Source: Candidatus Latescibacterota bacterium (GTDB lineage: Bacteria > Latescibacterota > UBA2968 > UBA8231). Taken from it: DNA of 64,000 bases. Below, piece by piece: positions 1 through 9,983 of the stretch. Every line of letters starts with the position of its first letter. Position 1 is the stretch's first letter. The notes beneath the pieces are model-generated. The model made no database searches. It was given only the letters and a program-made list of their open reading frames with translations, and was not told the DNA's origin. The stretch is from assembly GCA_965243025.1 (NCBI GenBank), contig CBDETY010000003.1:6112001-6176000 (forward strand), in the 5' to 3' direction. Both the position numbers and the translations under genes were made by a program.

Positions 1-1179
1 ACGAATGCCTACTACAATCAGGAGCAGTTCATCGGCGGGTCGGAGAAGTTCGTTTTTTCGTCGAACCGCAGTGGCCTGCAACAGCTCTACTCGGTGGATA
101 TCGAGTCCGGCAGGATCGTGCAACTGACGGACGAAGAGCCGTCCGGCGGCTTCACCGTCGACTCCGGGCGCGGCATCGTCTACTTCGGCCGCGAACGGCA
201 GTTCTTCGCCCTGGATGTGGAGACGCTGCGCGAGGAGGCGGTCGCCGAATCGCCCGAGGGCTGCGGACCCCTGCACGGTCCGGATCTGTCGTCGTGCGGG
301 CGCTACCTCGTCCTTGGCTGCGGACCGGAGTCCAGACGCCCGAGCTTCGCCTACCGGTACGGCAGGGAAGCGATGGTGCTCCTGGTCGACGTACAGGACA
401 AGCGGCAGGAAGTGGTCTACCACGGGCCGAGCGCCGACAACCGGGCAGCCCCCGACAGCCACCTCTTCATCAGCCGCGGCGACCCGTCCTGGGTGTGGTT
501 CGGCAGCTACTCGAGGTTGCAGCCCACGGGCGTCAAGACCGCCTGGTTCATGAAGGTCGATCTCGAGCGCCTCAGGCCGGTGCACGACCCGATGCCGCTG
601 TTCGACCAGCAGCCCTTCGACTACATCAACCACTACTACCCGGCGCCGGATGCCCACGTCGAGTCGTTCCACTACCAGCAGACGGCCTGCGACCGGGACG
701 GAATTCCGGTCGTTCCTCAGCAGAAGCTGCCGATGCTGCTCGACGTAGACCTCGCCCGGCGCACGACCAGCCGGTGGGTGTTCCCGGGACTGGCGCCCAC
801 CCACTTCAAGTGCAACAACGCCGGTGACATGTGGGCCGGAGACCGGGCCGATCCCGGTTTCCTGTGGCTCGAAGGCCGCGGTGTGAACGGCAGCGCCTTC
901 CGCCGGGAAGACTCGCCGGATTTCGATTACTGGCTGCACTACTGGCCCGAGGCCAGCGAGCCGGACTTTCCCGCTCACGAGTGGATAGGAGTGTTTCGCA
1001 AGCGCGGCCCATATCTCGAGGTGCGTCCGTTGGTCCGGCACAACACCACATGGGCGGGGGGGGCGCATCCGCACCCCGTATTTTCGCCGGACGACAGGTG
1101 GATTGCGTATTGCGCCGGGGAAAAGGGGCGGTCCCAGCTCTTCCTGGCAGAGGCGGTCTGGCCGAGATGGCTTGCGTGA
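1..1179 (+). CDS. Oligogalacturonate lyase-like beta-propeller protein (5' truncated by the window)
   Basis: Frame is open from base 1 (TNAYYNQEQFIGGSEKFVFSSNRSG...IVQLTD). C-terminal HPHPVFSPDDRWI matches the Ogl/TolB-type propeller ending. Confidence 0.65.
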   Translation, partial: TNAYYNQEQFIGGSEKFVFSSNRSGLQQLYSVDIESGRIVQLTDEEPSGGFTVDSGRGIVYFGRERQFFALDVETLREEAVAESPEGCGPLHGPDLSSCGRYLVLGCGPESRRPSFAYRYGREAMVLLVDVQDKRQEVVYHGPSADNRAAPDSHLFISRGDPSWVWFGSYSRLQPTGVKTAWFMKVDLERLRPVHDPMPLFDQQPFDYINHYYPAPDAHVESFHYQQTACDRDGIPVVPQQKLPMLLDVDLARRTTSRWVFPGLAPTHFKCNNAGDMWAGDRADPGFLWLEGRGVNGSAFRREDSPDFDYWLHYWPEASEPDFPAHEWIGVFRKRGPYLEVRPLVRHNTTWAGGAHPHPVFSPDDRWIAYCAGEKGRSQLFLAEAVWPRWLA

Positions 1180-1261
1180 GGGGCCCGCTCGTTCATGTTC
1201 GGGATCCGCAGCCGGTGACGGGGCGCGGGCCCATGCGGCCTGCAATGGACAGGAGTCTGTG

Positions 1262-4200
1262 ATGTCTCTTGCGTGGATCATGGTGGCGTTGGGGCTGGGG
1301 GTTACAGCCTGGACCCGGTATGTGCCCACCGCGGAGGACCTGCTGGCCTCTTTTCAAGAGGGGCAGCGCTTCTACGGGGCCGAAGCATACGACCAGGCGG
1401 TCGAACAGTACGAGAAGGTCGGCCAGGTGCACAGTGCCCTGCTCCACGTCGAAGAGGTCACCGTGACTGTAGGGGAAATCACCGCACCGGTCACCGAAGC
1501 GGCGCTCTACCAGTCGGGCAACGCCTACTTCAAGATGGCTCAGGAGGCGCTGCGAAAAGTGGGGCGGGGGGAGAGCGCAGCGGACCGGGAAAAAGCCGAA
1601 CGCGAGGCACAGACGTTCCTGGAGCGGGCGGTGGAATTCTTCGAGCGAGTCGAATCCGAGGCCACGGCTCAAGGATTGGGAGTGCTGGCGCAGAGTCGTC
1701 TGGTTACGACGTGGTACGAAGCGAAGGATTACGAACAGACCATAGTTGAAGCGCAAACGCTGATATCGAAGTACCCGGACAGCAAGTTCGTTGAAAACGC
1801 GATGTACGACATCGCCTGGTCGCACTTCGAGCAGGATGACTACGAGTCCAGCATCCGGGCGTTCGAAGCGCTGATCCGGCATTCCCCTACGGGCTTCCGG
1901 GCGGACCGGGCGCTGTTCCAGATCGCCGAATGCTACTATCTCCAGAGCGGCTATGAGAAGGCGATAGGCTACTACGATCAGCTCGTCGCCAGGGCAAATG
2001 TGTATGGCCTGACAGAGCGGGACCTGATGAAGATGCGGCGGGAAAAGCTGGCCGGGCTGGTGGACGAGACGGCGCTGGAGCTGGCCGCCAAGGCCCAGCT
2101 GAAGATCGGGGACGGGTTTTCGAGGCTGGGGCAGCTCGACAAGGCGACCGAGGCGTTCGAGCGGGTGATTACCCTGTTCTCGGCGGAAAGGGGCTTTGTC
2201 GAAGAGGGGTATCGCCGTCTGGCGGACATGTACTATGAAAAGGGGAATCTCGAGCAGTCCATCCAGACCTACAAGGATGCCATCGACCGGGTGCGCGACA
2301 GGTTCTTTCAGGCGCGCATGCAGGCCCAGATCGCCCGCCGCTATTCGGAAAGCGGGCGTTTCGACGAAGCCATCGACGAGTACGAAGTCTACATCAAGGG
2401 ATACGACGATGTGGCGGTTCGCGCCGGCTTTCCCGTGGACGAGGCGGAATACAACATCGGCCGGGCGCACTACGACAAGGGACAGCAGGCGCTGGCCGCG
2501 AGTCGGCGGCCCGCCGCCGCAGCGCTTTTCCGTGAGGCCGTTTCCCGGTACGAGAGTACGCTGAATGCCTGGCCCGGCACGCGGCTGCAGGTCGACTTGC
2601 AGTTCAATATCGCGCTCTGCCGGCAGTTCATGGGGGATGAATCCTCGACCGCCCGGGCCCTGGAGGGGTTCCGGGGAATCATCTCGGATTTCCCCGACCA
2701 CCCGCTCGTCGAAAGCTCGCTGTTTCAGGTCGCCCGCATCTTCTACGACCAGCAGGCGTATGCCGAAGCCCTGAAGACCTACGGCGAACTGCTCCGCCGC
2801 TTTCCCGATTCGCCCCAGGCGTCGATGGCGCATTTCGAAAGGGGGGTCTGCCATCGCGACCAGGGGCAGGAGGCCGAGGCTGTCGAGGCCTTCCTGATGG
2901 TGCAGGCCGGGTCGCCCCTGTTCGCCGATGCGCGGGTGGCCGCGGGGGAGATTCTGATCCGCAGGCAGGCCTATTCCCGGACGCTGGATATCATGGATGA
3001 AGCGCTGGCCTCTGCGGCGACCTCCGAGGTGCGGACACGCTATCTGTACATCAAGGCCAAGGCCCACACCGGTGAAAAGGCGTACGAGCGGGCTGCGGAG
3101 GATTTTTCCGGGGTTATCGACGGCGCCCGGGATCAGCCCCGGATGCTGGTGAGTTCACTCTATGCCAGGGGAACCGCCCTGTTGAGCCTGGGGCGGCATG
3201 GGGAAGCCGACCGGGACTTCGAGCGCGTGGTGGAAGAGGCGGATGATCCGGTGCTTCAGCGGGCTGGCCGCCGCATGCTGGGTCTGTCCCTGATCCAGCA
3301 GGGCCGGGAACTGGAGGCCAGCAGGAACTACGAGGCCCTGGCTGCGCAGGCCACCGATCCGCAGGAGAAGGCCGAATACCTGCTGCTTCTGGCGGAGCTG
3401 TATCACGGGCTGAAAGCCTGGGAGCAGGTCGTGCGCATCTCTCGCGAAATCGTTGAGGTTTCGGGCGGGAAACCGGAGGGAGGCGATGCGATCGAAGAGA
3501 AGGCTCTCTTCCTCCTGGGGGACGCCTGCAACCGCCTGGAGGATTACGCCGCGCTCATAGAAACCTACAAGGAAGCCCTGCGGCGCTATCCGGGCTCCAT
3601 ATACGCACCGGATATGACCTTCGCGTTGGGGCTGGGTTACATGCAAACGGGGCGGCCGGAAGAGGCGGCGACCGAGTTCGATCGATTCCTGGAGCGCCAT
3701 GCGGGAGATGCGAACACCTCGCATGCGCTTTACTACCTGGGGCACATCCGGTCCGGCCGGAGGGAGTTCGCGCCCGCCATAGTTGCGTTCGAGCGGCTGG
3801 TCGCGGAGTTCCCCGGACACGAGGCGGCCGGCGATGCCTGGTTCAGGATAGGGGAGAGCTACTTCAACCTGGGTAAGTACGAGGAGGCGCTGAGGGCGTA
3901 CAGGACGGTCGCCGACGACTGGCCCGGAGCGGAACAGGACGACGCCCTGTACAGCAGCGCGTGGGTCTATATGGAACTGGGGCGCGGAGAAGAAGCGACG
4001 GCGAGTCTGGGCCGGCTGGTCGCGGAGTTTCCCGGCAGCGAGCTGGCTGCCAGCGCCAAGTTCACCATCGGTGATTACCACTACAACGAAGGGCGCTACG
4101 AGGAGGCTCTGGAGGCCTACGTCGGGCTCGTAAACGATCATCCCGACGATGAACTCGCGGCCGAGGTGCCGAAGTTGATCGCCGACCTGAGGGAGGCGGT

Positions 4201-4504
4201 GGCTTTCACTAGGTTTCAGAAGATCGCCGTGGACTTCCGCCAGGCCATGGCCAACGAGGACGAGGAGTCGCTCCGGCGCATCCTCTCCCACATGGGGGAA
4301 CTCGTCGAGGAGTATCCAGGTACGGAAACTGAGCTCGGCGTTCTGAACAACATGGGCATTACCTACGAGTCCCTCAATGAGTGGAAGGAGGCCGTAGGTG
4401 TGTATGACCGCGTGATAGCCCGCCACGAAGAGGGGACAGGCACTCCCGATGCCTATCAGTTCGCCAGGCAGCACAGGGATTGGATCGTCGCCAACCGGCT
4501 GTAG
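1262..4504 (+). CDS. Large exported TPR protein (~1080 aa, many BamD/YbgF-type TPR units)
   Basis: AGGAG RBS before GTG/ATG 1259/1262, N-terminal hydrophobic segment, repeated A..LF.IA..YY....Y..A...Y..L...YP.S units. Confidence 0.85.
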   Translation: MSLAWIMVALGLGVTAWTRYVPTAEDLLASFQEGQRFYGAEAYDQAVEQYEKVGQVHSALLHVEEVTVTVGEITAPVTEAALYQSGNAYFKMAQEALRKVGRGESAADREKAEREAQTFLERAVEFFERVESEATAQGLGVLAQSRLVTTWYEAKDYEQTIVEAQTLISKYPDSKFVENAMYDIAWSHFEQDDYESSIRAFEALIRHSPTGFRADRALFQIAECYYLQSGYEKAIGYYDQLVARANVYGLTERDLMKMRREKLAGLVDETALELAAKAQLKIGDGFSRLGQLDKATEAFERVITLFSAERGFVEEGYRRLADMYYEKGNLEQSIQTYKDAIDRVRDRFFQARMQAQIARRYSESGRFDEAIDEYEVYIKGYDDVAVRAGFPVDEAEYNIGRAHYDKGQQALAASRRPAAAALFREAVSRYESTLNAWPGTRLQVDLQFNIALCRQFMGDESSTARALEGFRGIISDFPDHPLVESSLFQVARIFYDQQAYAEALKTYGELLRRFPDSPQASMAHFERGVCHRDQGQEAEAVEAFLMVQAGSPLFADARVAAGEILIRRQAYSRTLDIMDEALASAATSEVRTRYLYIKAKAHTGEKAYERAAEDFSGVIDGARDQPRMLVSSLYARGTALLSLGRHGEADRDFERVVEEADDPVLQRAGRRMLGLSLIQQGRELEASRNYEALAAQATDPQEKAEYLLLLAELYHGLKAWEQVVRISREIVEVSGGKPEGGDAIEEKALFLLGDACNRLEDYAALIETYKEALRRYPGSIYAPDMTFALGLGYMQTGRPEEAATEFDRFLERHAGDANTSHALYYLGHIRSGRREFAPAIVAFERLVAEFPGHEAAGDAWFRIGESYFNLGKYEEALRAYRTVADDWPGAEQDDALYSSAWVYMELGRGEEATASLGRLVAEFPGSELAASAKFTIGDYHYNEGRYEEALEAYVGLVNDHPDDELAAEVPKLIADLREAVAFTRFQKIAVDFRQAMANEDEESLRRILSHMGELVEEYPGTETELGVLNNMGITYESLNEWKEAVGVYDRVIARHEEGTGTPDAYQFARQHRDWIVANRL

Positions 4505-4516
4505 AAAGGAGAGCTC

Positions 4517-5068
4517 GTGAAACACCTGATCTGCGTTCTGTTGTGTGTGGGGTTTGTCTGTGGGTCGGCGCGGGAGTCCGGAGGCGAGGAAGAGATGTTT
4601 GCCGAAGAGATCCGCGTGTCGCGGAATACGGCGGTGATTCTGTCCGTGCTCTTTCCCGGTCTGGGACAGATGGCCTCGGGGCAGAAGCGGAAGGGCGGGG
4701 CGCTCTTTCTCGGCGAGCTGGTCTCGTTGATCGTGGCGGTGGACGGGCACGAGTCCTACAACACACGCCGGGGTGTATACGAGACCTCCCGGAGCGAGTA
4801 CGAAGCCCTGCGTGTGGGGGGGAGCCACGAGGAGGCGGAGGCCAAGTGGCGGCGTCTGGTGGATCTGAACGATGACCTGGACAACCTGCACGGCCGCCGG
4901 CAGATCTTCGGGTATGCGGCGGCCGGGATCTACGCCTTGAACCTGGTGGATATCCTGTTCTTGCAATCGGGAGATGCGACGGCTGCGCAAGAAGTCGACC
5001 GCCGGCCGCGGGTGTCGTTGGGTCCCGTAGGCGGGGCCACGGGAATCGTGATATCGAAGAGGTTCTGA
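4517..5068 (+). CDS. DUF5683-like membrane/outer-membrane protein
   Basis: AAGGAG RBS, signal peptide, AVILSVLFPGLGQ motif, C-terminal beta-strand ending in Phe (GIVISKRF). Confidence 0.6.
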   Translation: MKHLICVLLCVGFVCGSARESGGEEEMFAEEIRVSRNTAVILSVLFPGLGQMASGQKRKGGALFLGELVSLIVAVDGHESYNTRRGVYETSRSEYEALRVGGSHEEAEAKWRRLVDLNDDLDNLHGRRQIFGYAAAGIYALNLVDILFLQSGDATAAQEVDRRPRVSLGPVGGATGIVISKRF

Positions 5069-5091
5069 CCAGCGGAGGATGGAGGAGGATC

Positions 5092-5538
5092 GTGTTACGG
5101 AATAAAGAGATGGCGACGGCGGGTTCTTCGCCTCGAAGGATCGGTCACTTGAACGTATGGCACCTCCTTTTGTTCGGTATGCTGTCGGCAGGTCTGGCCT
5201 TCTGCAGCAAACAGCACAAAGCCCCGGTTGCCTTCCACGAAACGCTGCTGGGTTCGCCCAGCGACCTGCGGGCGCTGGTCGAAGAGGGGAATCGGGTCGT
5301 CCTGACGTGGAGGATGGCGGACGACACGAACGTGGCGGGGTTTGTCGTCTCGTTGTCCGATACCCTGGGACTTCGGAGGGAGGCCCTCGTGACGGAGACG
5401 GCCTACGGCATCGAAGAGTCCAGTTTGACCGATGAAGGGTTTGCCGATTCGACCTGGTTTTTCTTCCTGGTCAGCGCGGTGGACGACTCCCTGTTCCGGG
5501 GGGCCCCTTCCCGCCTCGATACGGTGTTTGTGTTCTAG
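5092..5538 (+). CDS. Small exported protein/lipoprotein with fibronectin type III-like domain
   Basis: GGAGG RBS, hydrophobic stretch ending LAFC, FN3-like pattern P.DLRA...VVLTW.......GFVV...FFLVSAVD. Confidence 0.6.
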   Translation: MLRNKEMATAGSSPRRIGHLNVWHLLLFGMLSAGLAFCSKQHKAPVAFHETLLGSPSDLRALVEEGNRVVLTWRMADDTNVAGFVVSLSDTLGLRREALVTETAYGIEESSLTDEGFADSTWFFFLVSAVDDSLFRGAPSRLDTVFVF

Positions 5539-5561
5539 CAGGAGCACCCGGGGAAAGAGCG

Positions 5562-6755
5562 ATGGCCCAGCACGGACGATTCGAAACACCTGCCGATGCC
5601 CTGAAGTTGGGCAGGCTGCTCGCCGACACCCGCCGGCTTGCTGTCGCCGGCCTCGTCATCGCCCTGTTGGCACACGCGGCTCTGTTCTCCTACCTGGTGA
5701 TCACCAGGTCGGAGATCCGGGAAGCTCAACCGCCCACGCTCGAGTTCGTGATGCGGACGCCCAGGCTTACCAAACCCTTCGAGTTGAAGAAGAAGCGGGT
5801 GCAGCGAAAGATGACGCGCAGGCAAGTCCAGGCAGAGATCGTTCCCGAGGTCGCCATCAGCGAGCGCATAAACCGTCCGGACGTATTCGGAACCGTGGCC
5901 ACCTTCAATTATGCGATCGAGAGCGGGGCGACCGTGGGCGGGCAGGCCGTCGTGCCGGAGATCGCGGCTTTCGCGCGACTGGCCAGCACCAAGGAGCCCG
6001 AAAAGCGGCTGAGCATGCAGGAGGAGTTTCTCGATCTGGACGCGTTGGACACAGGGAAGTACAAAGGGCTCGTGATCCAGGATCCGACCAACAAGCAGGA
6101 CATCCAGGGGTTCGTGTACCTGGCACTGGCGGTTGGAGAAGAGCTCGATCCGCCAACGCCCCGGGCGATTCCGCAACTGGCGAGGGCGGTCAACAAGTAT
6201 ACCATGATCAACGCCAAAGTAGAGGATCGTCTGAAGCTGGATTCGCGGGATCTGTTCAAGGCGCCCTTCGTGTATATCACCGCGAACAAGGCATTCAATC
6301 TCACCGCCCAGGAGGTCCGCAACGTGCGGGAATACCTGCGGATGGGTGGGTTCGTGTTCGCGGAGAACGGGGTCCCGTCCCTGGAATACGGACCGGCTGA
6401 AGCCTCGTTGCGGAAGATGTTCAAGGATGTGCTCAAGAAGGATGCGCGGTTCATAATGCTCTCGTACGACCACCCCATCCATCACAGCTTTTTTGACTTC
6501 AACGATGGACCGCCACCCGGTGGAGAGATCTTGAGCGCAACAGGAGGCAGTAAGGTTCCGTCGCCGCATCTGGAGGGGATCTTCCTGGAAGGACGCCTGG
6601 TGGCGGTCTATTCGGACAAGGCGTACGGGGCCATCTGGGAGAGAGAGTTTTCGAATGAACCGCAGTTGAAGATGGGGTTGAACCTGGTGGTATTCGCCCT
6701 GACGCAACAGGGCTCGATCGCGCAGCAGCAGATCGATTTCTACAGCCAGAAATAG
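5562..6755 (+). CDS. Membrane-anchored DUF4159 domain protein
   Basis: One N-terminal TM helix. C-terminal PFVYIT...LREYL..GGFVF...DHPI..SFFDF...LEGIFLEGRLVAVYS...MGLNLVVFALTQ is typical of DUF4159. Confidence 0.8.
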   Translation: MAQHGRFETPADALKLGRLLADTRRLAVAGLVIALLAHAALFSYLVITRSEIREAQPPTLEFVMRTPRLTKPFELKKKRVQRKMTRRQVQAEIVPEVAISERINRPDVFGTVATFNYAIESGATVGGQAVVPEIAAFARLASTKEPEKRLSMQEEFLDLDALDTGKYKGLVIQDPTNKQDIQGFVYLALAVGEELDPPTPRAIPQLARAVNKYTMINAKVEDRLKLDSRDLFKAPFVYITANKAFNLTAQEVRNVREYLRMGGFVFAENGVPSLEYGPAEASLRKMFKDVLKKDARFIMLSYDHPIHHSFFDFNDGPPPGGEILSATGGSKVPSPHLEGIFLEGRLVAVYSDKAYGAIWEREFSNEPQLKMGLNLVVFALTQQGSIAQQQIDFYSQK

Positions 6756-6764
6756 CGTGGAAAG

Positions 6765-8534
6765 ATGACGGCACCATCGAACGGTCAAGGTCCACCGATC
6801 ACCCTCCCGGACGGGACCGCGTTCCAGCTCTGGCGGGATGAGACCGTCTACGGACAGGTCTACTACGTGGATCAGCGTCACCCGGGGGCAGCCGATGACA
6901 ATGCGGGCACCGAGGAGGCGCCTTTTCTCACGATTCAGCGCGCCGCTGAACTCGTCGAGCCGGGCGGGAAGGTTCTGATAAAGTCGGGAGTCTACCGCGA
7001 GCTCGTTCAGCCCCGGCGCGGCGGCACCGGTGCGGATTCGATGATCAGCTACGAGGCGGCGCCGGGGGCCGAGGTCGTCATTCGCGGTTCCCGGGTTATC
7101 GACGCCGCGTGGACACATACGGGTGCCGCCCGGTCACTGAGTGTGTGGACGGCGGAGCTGCCCGAAGCCTTCTTCGAAGGGGATCATCCCTTCGCCGTCG
7201 TCAACACCACCGAGGCGGACTTCGAGCTCATGCACTGGGCCCGAGCCGAGCGCGGAAGGGCCCCGCACACGCTGCCCCGGACCATGGTTTTCCAGGACGG
7301 CCGCCGCCTGACCCAGCTGGAGACGCGCGCCGACCTGCCCCGGGTTCCGGGCACATTCTCAATCGACCCCGGGAGCAGGACGCTGCTCGTACATCCCTTC
7401 GATCGCAGCAATCCCAACACCTGCGAAATCGAGGCCACGACCCGGCAGTTCCTGTTCAATCCGCGGGTGAGGGGGCTGGGGTACATCCGCATCAAAGGGT
7501 TGACCTTCGAGCACGCCGGCAACGGTTTCATCCGCTCGGGGAACGGCGCCGTGACGACCTGGGGCGGGCACCACTGGATCATCGAGGAGAACACCGTTCG
7601 TCACATCAATTCCGTGGGCATCGAGATCGGCGGTTTCACCGACGAGACCCTGGAGGATGAAAACCGCAACGAACTGGAAGAGACGACGGGCGGGCATCTG
7701 GTACTCCGCAACCACGTCTGCGACTGCGGCACCGGCGGCATTCAGGGAACCGTCGTCCCGCGGAGCCTGGTGGCCGACAACCACATCCACGACTGCGGCT
7801 GGCAGGAAGTCGAGCGCTACTGGGAGACCGCCGGCATCAAGATCCTCATCCTCAGCGATACCGTCGTGCAGTGCAACCACATCCACCACTGTCGCGCAGC
7901 CCCCGGAATCTGGATCGATTTCGCCAACAGGAATTCACGGGTGACGCGAAACCTGCTGCACGACATCGCGGCGACAACCGGGGGGATCTTCTTCGAGGCA
8001 TCGAATGCCCCGAACACGATCGACCACAATGTCATCTGCAACGTGGAAGCGGGCAGCGGCGTGTATCAGCAGGATTGCGACCGGCTCCTGATCGCCCACA
8101 ACCTGGTGATGAACTGCGACTATGCCGGGGTCCATATGCGGAAGTGTCCGACCCGCGACCGGGTCGGTGTGTGCAAAGACAACCGCATCGTCAACAACGT
8201 CATCGTGGGATGTTCGAAGGGATTCGAATACGTGGTCATGGACAACTTCTCGGACCACAACGTACTCGCCGGCATGGACGGGGACTTCCGTCTGGACGAC
8301 TGGCAGGCTACCGGTCTGGATGCCCACAGCCGCGTGGTAGAGCTCGACATGGTGATCGACACCGAGGAGCAACACCTGGCTTGGTCGTCACCGTGCGATG
8401 CGGTCCCCAAGGTGATCCGTGACGAGCTGTTGAGTCTCGACTACTTCGGTCGTCCGTATCCCGGGGAAGAGGTCCCGGTAGGGCCTTTCACCGAAGGTTG
8501 GGGCCCCGTGGGGCGCCGACTGCGACTTCGGTAG
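6765..8534 (+). CDS. Right-handed parallel beta-helix protein (DUF1565 N-terminus, pectin-lyase fold)
   Basis: YYVD...DDNAGTEEAPFLTIQRAA...PG.KVLIKSGVYRE motif and repeated N.IHDCG/GIWID beta-helix rungs. Confidence 0.8.
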   Translation: MTAPSNGQGPPITLPDGTAFQLWRDETVYGQVYYVDQRHPGAADDNAGTEEAPFLTIQRAAELVEPGGKVLIKSGVYRELVQPRRGGTGADSMISYEAAPGAEVVIRGSRVIDAAWTHTGAARSLSVWTAELPEAFFEGDHPFAVVNTTEADFELMHWARAERGRAPHTLPRTMVFQDGRRLTQLETRADLPRVPGTFSIDPGSRTLLVHPFDRSNPNTCEIEATTRQFLFNPRVRGLGYIRIKGLTFEHAGNGFIRSGNGAVTTWGGHHWIIEENTVRHINSVGIEIGGFTDETLEDENRNELEETTGGHLVLRNHVCDCGTGGIQGTVVPRSLVADNHIHDCGWQEVERYWETAGIKILILSDTVVQCNHIHHCRAAPGIWIDFANRNSRVTRNLLHDIAATTGGIFFEASNAPNTIDHNVICNVEAGSGVYQQDCDRLLIAHNLVMNCDYAGVHMRKCPTRDRVGVCKDNRIVNNVIVGCSKGFEYVVMDNFSDHNVLAGMDGDFRLDDWQATGLDAHSRVVELDMVIDTEEQHLAWSSPCDAVPKVIRDELLSLDYFGRPYPGEEVPVGPFTEGWGPVGRRLRLR

Positions 8535-8613
8535 TTCCCGATCATGGCTCTCCACGCTGCGCCGATACGGGGAATGCGGCGGCGAGAGCTGATTGCTGCA
8601 GGAGTTGGAACTG

Positions 8614-9849
8614 ATGCCAAATAGCCGTGTCCTGCGTTCCGGTATGCTGATGGCCCCGGTTTTCCTGGCCGCGTGCCTGTCGGTGCCGCGGGTCGAGTAC
8701 CGCTCCGCCCTCGACCCGAAGGAGTCGGAGCGGGAGGAATACTCGATAGGGGATGACGGAGTAGTCTCCTACCACCTGGAAGGCTCCCGGCTGGATGTGC
8801 AGTACATGACCGACCCGGCGCTGAACGAGATGTTTCCCGACGATTCGAAAGGGGGAGAGCTTTCGACCAATCCCTACACCTACGGGGACTGGATGGATCC
8901 GAACGTTGGCTACGTGCCGAATCGATTCACCGTGTTCAACATCGCGGTGTACAACTACACCTACGCCAAAATGCAGCTGGATCCGCTGAAGGTCATCCTG
9001 TTGACGGACCGGGGAGGCTATCTGGAATCGTACACGATCGCCCCGGTGGCCGATCGCAAAAGCCTGGAGGGGTACTACCGGGGCCTGCGCGGCATCAGCG
9101 GGAACGAGCACTATCGCTTTTCGAAACGGATAGGGATCGTGCGCGCCACCGCCTATGGAGAAGACGAGGTGATTTTCAAAGGGGAGGGGTACAGCGGGCT
9201 TGTGGTGTTCGATCCCCTCCATCCCAAGGTGCGCAACGCGCGTCTGATTCTCAAGGAATTCGCCCTCAAGTTCGACGCCTCGGGGCACCCGATCGAGACC
9301 ATGGACATTCCCTTTGATTTCAGCCGTACGGTCAGCAGGGAAGTGATCGCCGAGGAAGAGTTGGCAGAGCGAAGGCCCACCGAGACGACGCGGGTGGTAA
9401 TTCGGGGCCCCCGCCAGATCCGCGGCAACCAGCAGGGAGACCTGGCCCGGAACACGGGCGCGATCAACTCGATCGTCGACCGCAACCTCGCGGACCTGCG
9501 GCGGTGTTTTGCCGGGGCGTTTGACCGGGGAGAGGCCGTCGAGGGCGCGGTGGAGGTTCAGTTCACGATTCGCGTGAACGGCGTGGTCGAGGCGGTGAGC
9601 GTGACCAGTTCCACGGTCATGAACGCGCAGGTGGGCGCCTGTATTGCGGCCGAAGTGCAGCGCTGGCAGTTCCAACCCGCCGGGCAGTACGCACAGCAGG
9701 ACAGGCCGTCCCAACAGAGCGCCGCGCGGGTGGGCGAGCCAGGATCGGGAGCTGAATCCCGCCGGGAGGAACCCTCGAGACCTCAGCGACGCCCCCCGGT
9801 GACCGATGTGGTGGTGGTGTATCCGTTCACTTTCGAGGAAATCGAGTAG
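8614..9849 (+). CDS. Lipoprotein with C-terminal AgmX/PglI (TonB_C-like) domain
   Basis: GGAG RBS before ATG 8614, lipobox LAAC. C-terminal LRRCF....G.VEVQFTI..NG.V....V.SST.....VGACI...VQRWQF...VVYPFTF. Confidence 0.7.
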   Translation: MPNSRVLRSGMLMAPVFLAACLSVPRVEYRSALDPKESEREEYSIGDDGVVSYHLEGSRLDVQYMTDPALNEMFPDDSKGGELSTNPYTYGDWMDPNVGYVPNRFTVFNIAVYNYTYAKMQLDPLKVILLTDRGGYLESYTIAPVADRKSLEGYYRGLRGISGNEHYRFSKRIGIVRATAYGEDEVIFKGEGYSGLVVFDPLHPKVRNARLILKEFALKFDASGHPIETMDIPFDFSRTVSREVIAEEELAERRPTETTRVVIRGPRQIRGNQQGDLARNTGAINSIVDRNLADLRRCFAGAFDRGEAVEGAVEVQFTIRVNGVVEAVSVTSSTVMNAQVGACIAAEVQRWQFQPAGQYAQQDRPSQQSAARVGEPGSGAESRREEPSRPQRRPPVTDVVVVYPFTFEEIE

Positions 9850-9983
9850 CACTCTTCGCGCCTTTCCGCTGGTGCTCATCTCCATCTCTCCATCCCTTCG
9901 CTGCCGTTTCATTCCTGTCGACAGCTGGAATTGAGTAGGTCGTCGAGGTTCCCCGGCGACACTCGAGGGAGGGACTACCCGGT

